DNA of 64,000 nt, taken from positions 1-64,000 of the forward strand of contig NW_026867900.1 of NCBI RefSeq assembly GCF_020745735.1, in the 5' to 3' direction. Source of the DNA: Hemiscyllium ocellatum (lineage: Eukaryota). The notes under the pieces were generated by a model. The model worked only from the letters and a program-made list of their open reading frames with translations. It searched no databases and was not told where the DNA came from. The position numbers and the translations under genes were made by a program. Shown here piece by piece: positions 34,608 to 45,235 of the stretch; position 1 is the stretch's first letter, and each line of letters starts with the position of its first letter.

Positions 34608-37600
34608 CACAGAGTGTGTGAGAGTGATAGAGAGAGTGTGTAAGGGTGATAGAGAGAGAGAGTGTGAGGGTGATAGAGAAAGAGAGAGAGAGCGTGTGAG
34701 GGTGATAGAGAGAGTGAGAGAAAGAGAGAGAGTGTGAGGGTGATAGAGGGTGAGAGAGAGAGAGTGTGAGGGTGATAGAGAGAGAGAGTGTAAGGTGATA
34801 GAGAGAGAGAGAGTGTGAGGGATAGAGAGAGAGTGTGAGGTGATAGAGAGAGAGAGAGAGGGAGAGTGTGAGGGTGATAGAGAGGGAGAGAGAGAGAGAG
34901 AGAGAAAGTGTGAGGGTGATAGACACAGAGAGAGGGAGAGAGAGTGTGATGGAGAGTGAGAAAAAGAGAGCGAGAGTGTGAGGGTGTGTGAGGGTGATAG
35001 AGAAAGAGAGAGACTGTGAGGGTGAAAGAGAGAGATGGAGAGACAGAGAGAGAGACAGACATAGAAGGGGCTGGAGGGGGTTACAGGGATAGGGAGGGGG
35101 TGTAGGGGGGTTACAGAGATAGGGAGGGGGTGTAGGGGGTTACAGAGATAGGGAGGGAGTGTAGGGGGGTTACAGAGATAGGGAGGGGGTGTAGGGGGGT
35201 GACAGGGATAGGGAGGGGGTGTAGGGGGGTTACAGGGATAGGGAGGGGGTGTAGGGGGTTACAGAGATAGGGAGGGGGTGTAGGGGGTGACAGGGATAGG
35301 GAGGGGGTGTAGGGGGTGACAGGGATAGGGAGGGGGGTGTAGGGGGGTTACAGAGATAGGGAGGGGGTGTAGGGGGTTACAGAGATAGGGAGGGGGTGTA
35401 GGGGGGTTACAGAGATAGGGAGGGGGTGTAGGGGGTGACAGGGATAGGGAGGGGAGTGTTCTGTGTGTCGGTACCTGGTGTTCTGGCTGTGGGCACTGTG
35501 CCCGCTCTCTGAGGTGCCCTTTCCCGTCGCGATGGGGAGCCCATTGGTTCCGTAAACGTGATCGTTACTGAGACTGAGGCGTCTAAAGTGAGCCATCATG
35601 GCTTCCTCCGACAGGAAGTGCTTACAGCACGGACCCCTGGGAGAAATTACCGCACAGTTACCACCCAGGGACGGGGAGACGGGAACCGCGCTCCCGGCAC
35701 CGACCCAGGGACGGGGAGACGGGAACCGCGCTCCCGGGGTCCGACCCAGGGACGGGGAGACGGGAACCGCGCTCCCGGCACCGACCCAGGGACGGGGAGA
35801 CGGGAACCGCGCTCCCGGCACCGACCCAGGGACGGGGAGACGGGAACCGCGCTCCCGGAGCGGGGTCCCACCCAGGGACGGGGAGACTGGAACCGCGCTC
35901 CCGGAGCGGGGTCCGACCCAGGGACGGGGAGACGGGAACCGCGCTCCCGGGGACCGACCCAGGGACGGGGAGACGGGAACCGCGCTCCCGGGGACCGACC
36001 CAGGGACGGGGAGACGGGAACCGCGCTCCCGGCACCGACCCAGGGACGGGGAGACGGGAACCGCGCTCCCGGGGACCGACCCAGGGACGGGGAGACGGGA
36101 ACCGCGCTCCCGGAGCGGGGTCCGACCCAGGGACGGGGAGACGGGAACCGCGCTCCCGGAGCGGGGTCCGACCCAGGGGACGGGGAGACGGGAACCGCGC
36201 TCCCGGAGCGTGTCCGACCCAGGGACGGGGCGACGGGAACCACGCTCCCGGAGCGTGTCCGACCCAGGGACGGGAAGTCTCCGAACTTACTCCTGGTCCG
36301 TCTCGTTGTGACGTTTTACGTTTGTTCGAGGGGAATGCTCTCCCGTTCTGCAAAACAAAGAAACGCAACATCAGAGTAAAGCTCCCTCTACACTGTCCCC
36401 CCCATCCCAGGGACAGGGACGGTACCGGGATAAATACTCACCGGCCTGCTCCGGTGAAGGGAACAGCCCCTGGGTTGATGTGGGACCAGGGCATGGAGGG
36501 TGGTACTTCCAGTCTCCAAGGCTGGCACTGGGGCGGGCAGACCCGGAACCTGTGCCCCGACCGCGCGTGACAGCGCCTGGGCGTCTCCGTCACGGTCAGC
36601 GTCTCCCTCCTGGGCCTGAGGCACGGCCAGTGCGCCCCATGCTTGGTCATTGCCGCCCCCTCCCAGGTGGACTGCTGAGCCGATGCCGCGCCCTCCCAGC
36701 ACGGGCTCTCCCCAGTCACTGTGTAGTTCCCAGGCACAGCGCCGTCAGACCTGGGAGGGAGAGACGGAGTGGAAGAGAGGGGGAAGGAGAGGTGGAAGAG
36801 AGGGAAAGAGAGAGGGAGGGGTAAGGAAGAGAGAGAGAGCCAGGAGGGAAGGGGGGAGAGAGAGAGAGAGAGGGAAGGAAGAGGGAGGGGGAAGGAAGTG
36901 GGAGAGGGAGAGTGAGAGAGAGAGGGAAGGAAGAGGGAGGGGGAAGGAAGTGGGAGAGGGAGAGTGAGAGAGAGAGGGAAGGAAGAGGGAGGGGGAGAGA
37001 GAGAGAAGGAAGAGGGAGTGAGAGTGAGAGAAAGACAGAGGGAAGGAAGAAGGCGAGAGAAGGAGGGGGGGAAGGAAAAGGGGGCAAGAGAGAGAGAGGA
37101 GGGAGCGGGGGAAGGGGGGAAGAGAGAGAGAGAGTGGGAAGGAAGTGGGAGAGGGAGAGTGAGAGAGAGAGAAGGAGGGAGCATGAGTGGGGGGAGGAAG
37201 AGAGAGAGAGAGGGATGAGAGTGAGGACAGAGGGAGAGAGAGTGTGAGAGAAATGGAGAGAGACGCAGGNNNNNNNNNNNNNNNNNNNNNNNNNNNNNNN
37301 NNNNNNNNNNNNNNNNNNNNNNNNNNNNNNNNNNNNNNNNNNNNNNNNNNNNNNNNNNNNNNNNNNNNNNNNNNNNNNNNNNNNNNNNNNNNNNNNNNNN
37401 NNNNNNNNNNNNNNNGGGGGTGAACGAGGTGTGTGCTGTACAGAGCCCTCCCTCACACCCCCCTACCAACCCCCACCCCCCCCCACCATGCCCACACCTA
37501 TCAGCCCAGCCGACTGTTAGCGATTCTGGCCGATGTCCCAGAGCGTGGGAGATCCCAGGGCCTGGTGTCCCTGTGCATGAATCACCCGGACCAGTGTCAA

Positions 37601-39946
37601 ACATTCCCTGCTGTGTGGAAACAGGCCATTAGGCCCAACAAGTCCACACTGACCCTCAACGAGTGACCCACCCAAACCCCAACCCTATTATTTGTCATTT
37701 ACCCCTAACTGACCCACCCTAACCTGTACATCCCTGGGCACTACGGGACAATTTCCCCACGGCCAATCCCACCCTAACCTGTACATCCCTGGGCACTACG
37801 GGACAATTTCCCCACGGCCAATCCCACCCTAACCTGTACATCCCTGGGCACTACGGGACAATTTCCCCACGGCCGATCCCACCCTAACCTGTACATCCCT
37901 GGGCACTACGGGACAATTTCCCCACGGCCGATCCCACCCTAACCTGCACATCCCTGGGCACTACGGGACAATTTCCTCACGGCCAATCCCACCCTAACCT
38001 GCACATCCCTGGGCACTACGGGACAATTTCCCCACGGCCAATCCCACCCTAACCCGCACATCCCTGGGCACTACGGGACAATTTCCCCACGGCCAATCCC
38101 ACCCTAACCCGCACATCCCTGGGCACTACGGGACAATTTCCCCACGGCCAATCCCACCCTAACCCGCACATCCCTGGGCACTACGGGACAATTTCCCCAA
38201 GGCCAATCCCACCCTAACCTGCACATCCCTGGGCACCACGGGACAATTTCCCCGCGGCCAACCCACCCTAACCTGTACATCCCTGGGCACTACGGGACAA
38301 TTTCCCCACGGCCAATCCCACCCTAACCTGTACATCCCTGGGCACTACGGGACAATTTCCCCACGGCCAATCCCACCCTAACCTGTACATCCCTGTGGGT
38401 GTCACTGGGTCTCACTGTCCCATTGGGTGTCACTGGGTTGAATTGGGTCCCATTGGGTTTCACAGCGTCCCAATGGTTCCCACTGGGTGTCACTGGTTCC
38501 TACTGGATCCCATTGGGTGTCACTCTCCCATTGGATCCCATTGGGTGTCACTGGTCCCAATTGGATCCCATGGGGTGTCACTCACTCCCAATGGATCCCA
38601 CTGGGTGTCACTGGATCCCATTGGGTGTCACTCACTCCCATTGGGTGTCACTGGTCCCAATGGGATCCCTTTGGGTGTCACTGGGTCCCATTGGGTGTCT
38701 TTGGATCCCATTGGGTGTCACTCACTTCCATTGGTCCCACTGGATTCCATTGGGTGTCACTGGTACCAATTGGATCCCATTGGGTGTCAGTGGGTCCCAT
38801 TGGGTGTCACTGGTACCAATTGGATCCCATTGGGTGTCACTGGGTCCCATTGGGTGTCACTGGATCCCATTGGGTGTCACTGGGTCCCATTGGGTGTCAC
38901 TGGTACCAATTGGATCCCATTGGGTGTCACTGGGTCCCATTGGGTGTCACTGGGTCCCATTGGGTGTCTTTGGATCCCATTGGGTGTCACTCACTCCCAT
39001 TGGTCCCACTGGATTCCATCGGGTGTCACTGGTACCAACTGGGTCCCATTGGGTGTCACTGGTACCAATTGGATCCCATTGGGTGTCACTGGGTCCCATT
39101 GGGTGTCACTCACTCCCATTGGGTGTCACTCACTCCTACTGGGTCCCATTGGGTGTAACTCACTCCCACTGGGTGTCACTGGGTCCCATTGGGTGTCACT
39201 CGGTCCCATTGGGTGTCACTGGGTCCCACTGGGTGTCACTGGGTCCCAATGGGGGCAGTCCCGTCACTGGGTCCCACTGGGTGTCACTCACTCCCATTGG
39301 GTGTCACTGGGTCCCACTGGCTCCCACTGGGGGCGGTCCCGTCACTGGGTGTCACTGGCTCCCATTGGGTGTCACTGGGTCCCACTGGGTCCCATTGGGT
39401 GTCACTCACTTCCATTGGGTGTCACTGGGTCCCACTGGATCCCACTGGGTGTCACTGGCTCCCATTGGGTGTCACTGGGTCCCACTGGATCCCACTGGGT
39501 GTCACTGGCTCCCACTGGGTGTCACTCACTCCCACTGGGTGTCACTGGGTCCCACTGGGTGTCACTCACTCCCACTGGGTGTCACTCACTCCCACTGGGT
39601 GTCACTGGGGGCGGTCCTATCACTGGGTGTCAATTAGTGTCAATAACGCCGCCATCTTACTAGGCCGCAAGCCTCGTCCTCGCGTAGAACGCCGGCCCCG
39701 GGCCCCGCCCGCCCGCCCCATCGCCTCTGCTACACCCGGCCCTCGGCTCCCCACCCCCACCCTCCCCCACTCCCCCCCCCCCAGGCCACAAGGGGGGACA
39801 GAGACCCTCACACAGAAACCCCGCGACCCCCTCAACCAGCGCCTCCCGCCCGGAAGCTGGGAGGACCACGGCCCGCTCCGCCCCAGGGGTCCCATCTTGC
39901 CGCCGGCCGCCCCCCCTCACCCTCCTCGTCGGCGCTGCCGGGCCAT
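33257..39946 (-). CDS. HCFC1R1: Host cell factor C1 regulator 1 (HPIP)-like; exons (minus) 39946-39921 (tentative first), 36750-36442, 36347-36291, 35636-35475, 34551-34375, 33416-33257
   Basis: All junctions GT-AG and phase 2. KRHNETDQEGPCCKHFLSEEAMMAHFRRLSLSNDHVY matches human KRRLEEEQEPLRKQFLSEENMATHFSQLSLHNDHPY, including the [D/E]HxY HCF-binding motif. RPCMEIMLWTPPSSLLQETMWAL matches SPCSELLLWRYPGSLIPEAL. Adjacent to THOC6. The 5' end is uncertain (alternative ATG exon ~37604-37498; N-gap in this intron). Confidence 0.85.
33500..34237 (+). repeat. ~97-100 bp minisatellite family E derived from a LINE reverse-transcriptase segment
   Basis: Unit reads [17 protein letters not shown]-[polyC]-TINILGVPI; same family at 43735-43952 (inverted) and 51580-52312. 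Confidence 0.9.
34565..35455. repeat. GA-rich microsatellite tract (34565-35062) followed by inverted family C (35070-35455)
   Basis: Visible in sequence. Confidence 0.9.
35661..36274. repeat. 41-49 bp CpG-rich minisatellite (CCGACCCAGGGACGGGGAGACGGGAACCGCGCTCCCGG)n filling an HCFC1R1 intron
   Basis: Tandem units occupy almost the whole 654-bp intron 35637-36290. Confidence 0.95.
37270..37415. other. Assembly gap (N run)
   Basis: Run of N. Confidence 1.
37610..38395 (-). repeat. SINE 3' part with an internal 58-bp segment amplified ~12 times (CCTAACCTGYACATCCCTGGGCACTACGGGACAATTTCCCCACGGCCAATCCCAC)
   Basis: Starts with SINE text GTGTGGAAACAGGCC...AAGTCCACAC; the unit matches the single-copy SINE segment at 59115-59165. 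Confidence 0.85.
38395..39632. repeat. ~20 bp minisatellite (CCCATTGGGTGTCACTGGGT)n with variants
   Basis: Tandem units. Confidence 0.95.
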
Positions 39947-40080
39947 CTTGGCCCGCCCGCGACTTCCTCGGCGCTGGAGGACCCGCCGAGGTCCTCCGGC
40001 TCAGCCGAGGTCCTCCGGCTCAGCGGCTCCGCCCTAGCGGCCGGGAGGTGCAACGCGTCGCTGCTCCACCTCGCCCAGGG
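39640..40080 (-). promoter_or_regulatory. CpG island / probable promoter and first exon of HCFC1R1 with three AAGATGG (YY1-like) motifs
   Basis: CpG-rich; CCATCTT on + strand at ~39652, ~39892, ~39943; GTGAGG donor at 39920. Confidence 0.65.
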
Positions 40081-40084
40081 GGGG

Positions 40085-42870
40085 AAAGAAGAGGTGCTGC
40101 ATTCTTATGCCTCCTTCCACGTCCCCCACTCAAATAAAAAGAATAAACTTGCAGCCCCCACCGCTCAGGGGTGCTGCACCCCAGAGGCCGGGAGGGGGAT
40201 TACTTAGACCCGTCCCCCGTTCCCCTCTCTTCTCGCTCAGAGGTTAGAAGTACTGCATTCGTATATCTCCTTGCACGTTCGCGCCCAACTCAAAAGTAAA
40301 GGGCAGTCCTCCTGCTCCGCGCTGCCGCCCTAGCAGCCAGGAGGTGGAGCACAGTGACCCTCCAAGATCCCCTCTCTTCTGACTCAGGAGAGGTGCTGCA
40401 TTCTCATATCTCCTTGCCCGTCCCCTACTCCGAAAGAACGCACAGTCCGCCCATTCAGCAGTGCCGTTCTGGCCCCCAGGAGGAGCGGCACATTGACCCC
40501 CCCATCCCCTCCCCTAGCTCCGGGGTGGGTAGAGAGGTGCTGCATTCTTATACTGACCTCCACATTCCCCTACCCCACTTAATCATGAAGTCATAGAGAT
40601 GTAGAGCAGGGAAACAGACCCTTCGGCCCAACCCTGTCCATGCTGACCAGATATCCCACCCCAATCTAGTCCCACCCCCCAGCACCCGGCCCCTATCCCC
40701 CCCCAAACCCTTCCTATTCATATACCCATCCAAATACCCCTTAAATGTAGTCATTGTCCCAGCCCCCACCACATCCTCTGGCAGCTCATTCCACACACGC
40801 ACCACCCTCTGGGGGAAAAAGTTGCCCCTTAGGTCCCTTTTATATCTTTCCCCCTCTCCCCCTAACCCTACGCCCCTCTAGTTCTGGACTCCCCCACCCC
40901 AGGGAGAAAAGACCTTGTCTATTTACCCTATCCATGTCCCCCTTGTGATTTTATAACCCTCTAGTTCTGGACTCCCCCACCCCAGGGAGAAAAGACCTTG
41001 TCTATTTACCCTATCCATGTCCCCCTCGTGATTTTATAACCCTCTAGTTCTGGGCTCCCCCACCCCAGGGGGAACAGACCTTGTCTATTTACCCTATCCA
41101 TGTCCCCCTCGTGATTTTATAACCCTCTAGTTCTGGGCTCCCCCCACCCCAGGGGGAACAGACCTTGTCTATTTACCCTATCCATGTCCCCCTCATGATG
41201 TTATAAACCTCTATAAGGTCACCCCCTCAGCCTCCGACGCTCCAGGGAAAACAGCCCCAGCCTGTTCAGCCTCTCCCTGTAGCTCAGACCCTCCAACATC
41301 CTTGTCAATCTTTTCTGAACCCTTTCCCAACATCTTCCCGATAGGAAGGAGACCAGAATTGCACACAATATTCCAACAGTGGCCCCTAACCAATGTCCTG
41401 TACAGCCGCAACGTGACCCTCCCAACTCCTGTACTCAATACTCTGACCAATAAAGGAAAGCGTACCAAACGCTGCCTTCACTATCCTATCCACCTGCGAC
41501 TCCACTTTCAAGGAGCTATGAACCTGCACTCCAAGGTCTCTGTGTTCAGCAACACTCCCCAGGACCTGACCATTAAGTGGATAAGTCCTGCTAAGATTTG
41601 CTTTCCCAAAATGCAGCACCTCGCATTGATCTGAATTAAACTCCATCTGCCACTTCTCGGCCCATTGGCCCATCTGGTCCAGATCCTGTTGTAATCGGAG
41701 GGGAACCCTCTTCGCTGTCCACTCCCCCTCCAATTTTGGGGTCCTCCGCAAACTTACTAACTGTCCCTCTTATGCTCGCATCCAAATCATTGATATAAAT
41801 GAGGAAAAGTAGAGGGTCCCGCACCGATCCCTGTGGCACTCCCCTGGTCACAGGCCTCCAGTCTGAAAGCCCTCACACTCAGAAATGTTCCACTCCAGAG
41901 TGGAGGAGGAGGAGGAATATATGGACCCTCTCCCATCCCCTCTCTTATCGCTCAACGACAGGAATGGAGGTGCTGCATTCCTATATCTCCTTGCATGTCC
42001 CCCCCCCCCAACTCAAAAAAAGAATGCACAGCCCTCCTGCTCAGGAGCGCCGCCCTCGGGGCCAGGAGGTGGAATGCACTGACCCTCCAAAAACACCATC
42101 TCTTCTGACACAGAGGCAGCAAGAGAGGTGCTACATTCTTATATCTCCTTCCTCATCCCGCCCCTCCCCCCCCCCCCCCCAAGCTTGGAAAATAATGTTC
42201 AATCCTCCCACTCAGGAGTGCTGCCCTCCAGAGGCCAGAAGCTGGAATGCACTGATCCTCCCCAAACCCGTTGCATTCTCTAATCGCCTTCCACATCCCC
42301 TTCCCCTCCCCACTTCAGGTCCTCTCACTCATCGGTGTTACCTCCAACACTCGGGAGAAAGGATCCCGTGACCCCCACCATTTGCGACCTCCTACTCCCT
42401 CGACTTGTGCAGAGGGAGAACGGAGGTCCCGCATTCTTATATCTCCTTCCACATTCCCCACCCGAAAAAAAAAGAGACCCATCACTTCAATCTTCCCAAT
42501 CCTGTCTTCATGGTCATAGGTCCTGCATTCGCATATCTCCTTCCCTGTTCTTTCACCCTAAAAATGAAAACGTTTCTGCTTCCCCGACTCCTGTTGCTCA
42601 GAGGTCCTGCATTCGCATATCTCCTTCCGTGTTCTTTCACCCTAACGTTTCTGCTTCCCCGACTCCCGTTGCTCAGAGGTCCTGCATTCGCGTATCTCCT
42701 TCCACATCACCCCACGCTCCGAATAAAAAACAAAGTGGGCCCATTGGGGGGGGGGGGGGGGTCCCACTCCACAGCAGTGCCCCCACAGGCCAGGAAGACT
42801 CTCCCGGCCCACCTTCCCTTTCCTCTCGCTCAGAAAGGGGGGAACCGGAGGTTGTGAATTCTCATACGTC
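40085..42870. repeat. Old, diverged ~150-bp tandem repeat (core GAGGTGCTGCATTCTTATATCTCCTTCCAC), ~12 copies, interrupted by a CR1 insertion
   Basis: Core at ~40091, 40248, 40390, 40534, then 41967, 42125, 42270, 42423, 42519, 42601, 42676, 42848. Confidence 0.8.
40585..41870 (-). mobile_element. 5'-truncated CR1 LINE (RT domain to 3' end) with internal ~82-bp tandem repeats at 40870-41210
   Basis: Minus-strand RT motifs TRGVPQGSVRDPLLFLIYINDLD...SKFAED, WAEKWQMEFNSDQCEVLHFG, LSYRERLNRLGLFSLERRRLRG, VRVWNELPE; frameshifted. Confidence 0.92.
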
Positions 42871-43734
42871 CTAACCCGTCCACCTCTTCCCCCCACCCAC
42901 CATCGAAAAGGCAAAAACATCCCGGAGAGGAGGGACTGGAGGAGGAGCAGGGAGAGAACGGACCCAAAGTGGGGGAAACTTTGGGCACAGCGCGATCCCA
43001 CAGGTGGCGAATGGCCGAACCGATCCTCGTTCCCTGATGCTTCAGTGGCGTTAAAACCGACCTCCCTCCCATCCCCCCCTCCCCTCCCCCGCGGAGAGGC
43101 AGAACGAATTTATAATTTGAAAAAAAAATTGGTGAAATGGATGGAGGGGAAGTGGGGAGGAATCAATTCGATTGTTTTATCCACTCAGCGCCCCCTCCCG
43201 CCAATCTCCTCGCGAGAAGGTGGTGAGCCGCCATCTTGAATCGGTGCTGTTGGCGGAACCACGATGCACCTGTGCAGTGGAGCTCCAGCGACGGCAGCGT
43301 TCCCAGCGTCTCGGCTGTCCCTCGACCTTCCAGGTGGACGTTCCTGAGGGGGTGTGCTAGGCGCTGCCAAGAGGAAGCTTGGCGAATTCACGGAGGACGT
43401 CCTGTAGACGCTGGTGCTACTGCGCCTCAGGGCCGGGGGGGGGGAGGGGAGGGAGAAGGGGTGTGTGTGGGTGGACGGAGGGAGCAGGACTGGTGCCAGT
43501 CAAAGGGGGAGAAGAGGGCGCTCTGTCCCAGACGGTACGGAGTTTCTCCAGCGCCGTCGAGTAGTTCCCCCTCTCCCACGACCGGGGAGTATTTAATCGC
43601 TCTCCCTGACGCGCTGATGGTGGGGATAGGGCTTTGAGGGTAGAGGGAGTGAGGAGGGCAGTTCCTCGCTGCAGGGTTCCCAGCCTCTGACCTGCTCCTG
43701 GTGACCCAGGATTGAGATGGGGCTGGGGTCCGGG

Positions 43735-43952
43735 TCAGTTTCTGCCCAATGGGAACCCCCAGGATGTTGATAGTGGGGGGGGGGGAGGGGGGATTCAGTG
43801 ACGGTAACGCCATTGAACGTCAAGGGGGCGATGGTTAGATTCTCTCTCAATGGGACCCCCCAGGATGTTGATAGTGGGGGGGGGAGGGGGGATTCAGTGA
43901 CGGTAACGCCATTGAACGTCAAGGGGGCGATGGTTAGATTCTCTCTCAATGG
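43735..43952 (-). repeat. Family E, 2 copies, inverted, retaining LINE flank (GVPIGQKLT)
   Basis: Reverse complement of the 33500 unit. Confidence 0.85.
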
Positions 43953-44478
43953 GAGGGTGGTGCCGGGGATGGAAGGGGCTGGCATACGCAGGAGAGGGTA
44001 TACAGTTGGCGAACGCGAAGCCCCACCCCGAGAGCAGCGTTCTCGTAATTTCACCGCGTTGAGGGCTCGGCCTTTACTGTGGGACTGGCCAATGGCAGAG
44101 CGGAGTTGGCGCGATGATCCATTGGAGGCATGGACAGGTCTGGGCGAAATCGCAAACCCTCAGCCACCGCCACAGAGTGCTCGCCTGGAGCACTGGAGGC
44201 CACTCAGCCCGGCTCTCTCTCTCTCTCTCTCTCTGCTAGTCCCCAAAGCGCCACCCGATCTCCCTCCGGGCCCCCACAGCCCCCTCCTCTCTCCCTCCCT
44301 CAGCCATCTCATTCCTCGATCCGGCTCCCTTCCGAACAGGAAAGTCTGCGTTGGCTCCGTCCAGCTCCCTCACCACGACAGGTGGGGGGGGGGGGGGAAA
44401 GGGGTGGGGGGTGGGGGGGAAGAGGGAGGGAGAGGGAGCGATGGGAGGGGGGGGGAAGGGGGGGGAGGGAAGCGAGAG

Positions 44479-44978
44479 NNNNNNNNNNNNNNNNNNNNNN
44501 NNNNNNNNNNNNNNNNNNNNNNNNNNNNNNNNNNNNNNNNNNNNNNNNNNNNNNNNNNNNNNNNNNNNNNNNNNNNNNNNNNNNNNNNNNNNNNNNNNNN
44601 NNNNNNNNNNNNNNNNNNNNNNNNNNNNNNNNNNNNNNNNNNNNNNNNNNNNNNNNNNNNNNNNNNNNNNNNNNNNNNNNNNNNNNNNNNNNNNNNNNNN
44701 NNNNNNNNNNNNNNNNNNNNNNNNNNNNNNNNNNNNNNNNNNNNNNNNNNNNNNNNNNNNNNNNNNNNNNNNNNNNNNNNNNNNNNNNNNNNNNNNNNNN
44801 NNNNNNNNNNNNNNNNNNNNNNNNNNNNNNNNNNNNNNNNNNNNNNNNNNNNNNNNNNNNNNNNNNNNNNNNNNNNNNNNNNNNNNNNNNNNNNNNNNNN
44901 NNNNNNNNNNNNNNNNNNNNNNNNNNNNNNNNNNNNNNNNNNNNNNNNNNNNNNNNNNNNNNNNNNNNNNNNNNNNNN
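44479..44978. other. Assembly gap (500 N), probably containing the last THOC6 exons
   Basis: Run of N just downstream of the last visible THOC6 exon. Confidence 0.9.
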
Positions 44979-45235
44979 GAGAGAGCGAGCGAGCGAGAGG
45001 ATGTTACCCAGGAATGAGGGAGACAGCGAGTGGGGCTGAGGGATTCTCTCCCTCCCGCCGAGTCAAAGGAAGGGCAGCTGGTGCTGGGCATAACCGAGGG
45101 AGGGTCTGGGGAGAGGGGGGATTCCGAGCGAGGGGTAGGGGGGGACGGGTGATGGTGAGGGAGTGAGGGGAACGGTGTGAACGGAATCACTCCCCACTCG
45201 CTCCCTCCCTCCCTCCCGCGGAGACGGGTACCTAC

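Noticed and set aside
38395-40037. 422/412-aa collagen-like or His/Trp-rich ORFs
   Set aside because: 20-bp tandem repeat open in all three frames, antisense within an HCFC1R1 intron
40585-41870. Active autonomous LINE or domesticated reverse transcriptase
   Set aside because: 5'-truncated, frameshifted, and the catalytic FADD motif reads FAED
42900-45235. THOC6 as a truncated pseudogene, or an extra gene in 42900-44480
   Set aside because: Eleven exons are intact and in phase, and the missing ~70 codons can lie in the gap. I found no THOC6 C-terminal motifs or other recognisable exons in 42900-44480.
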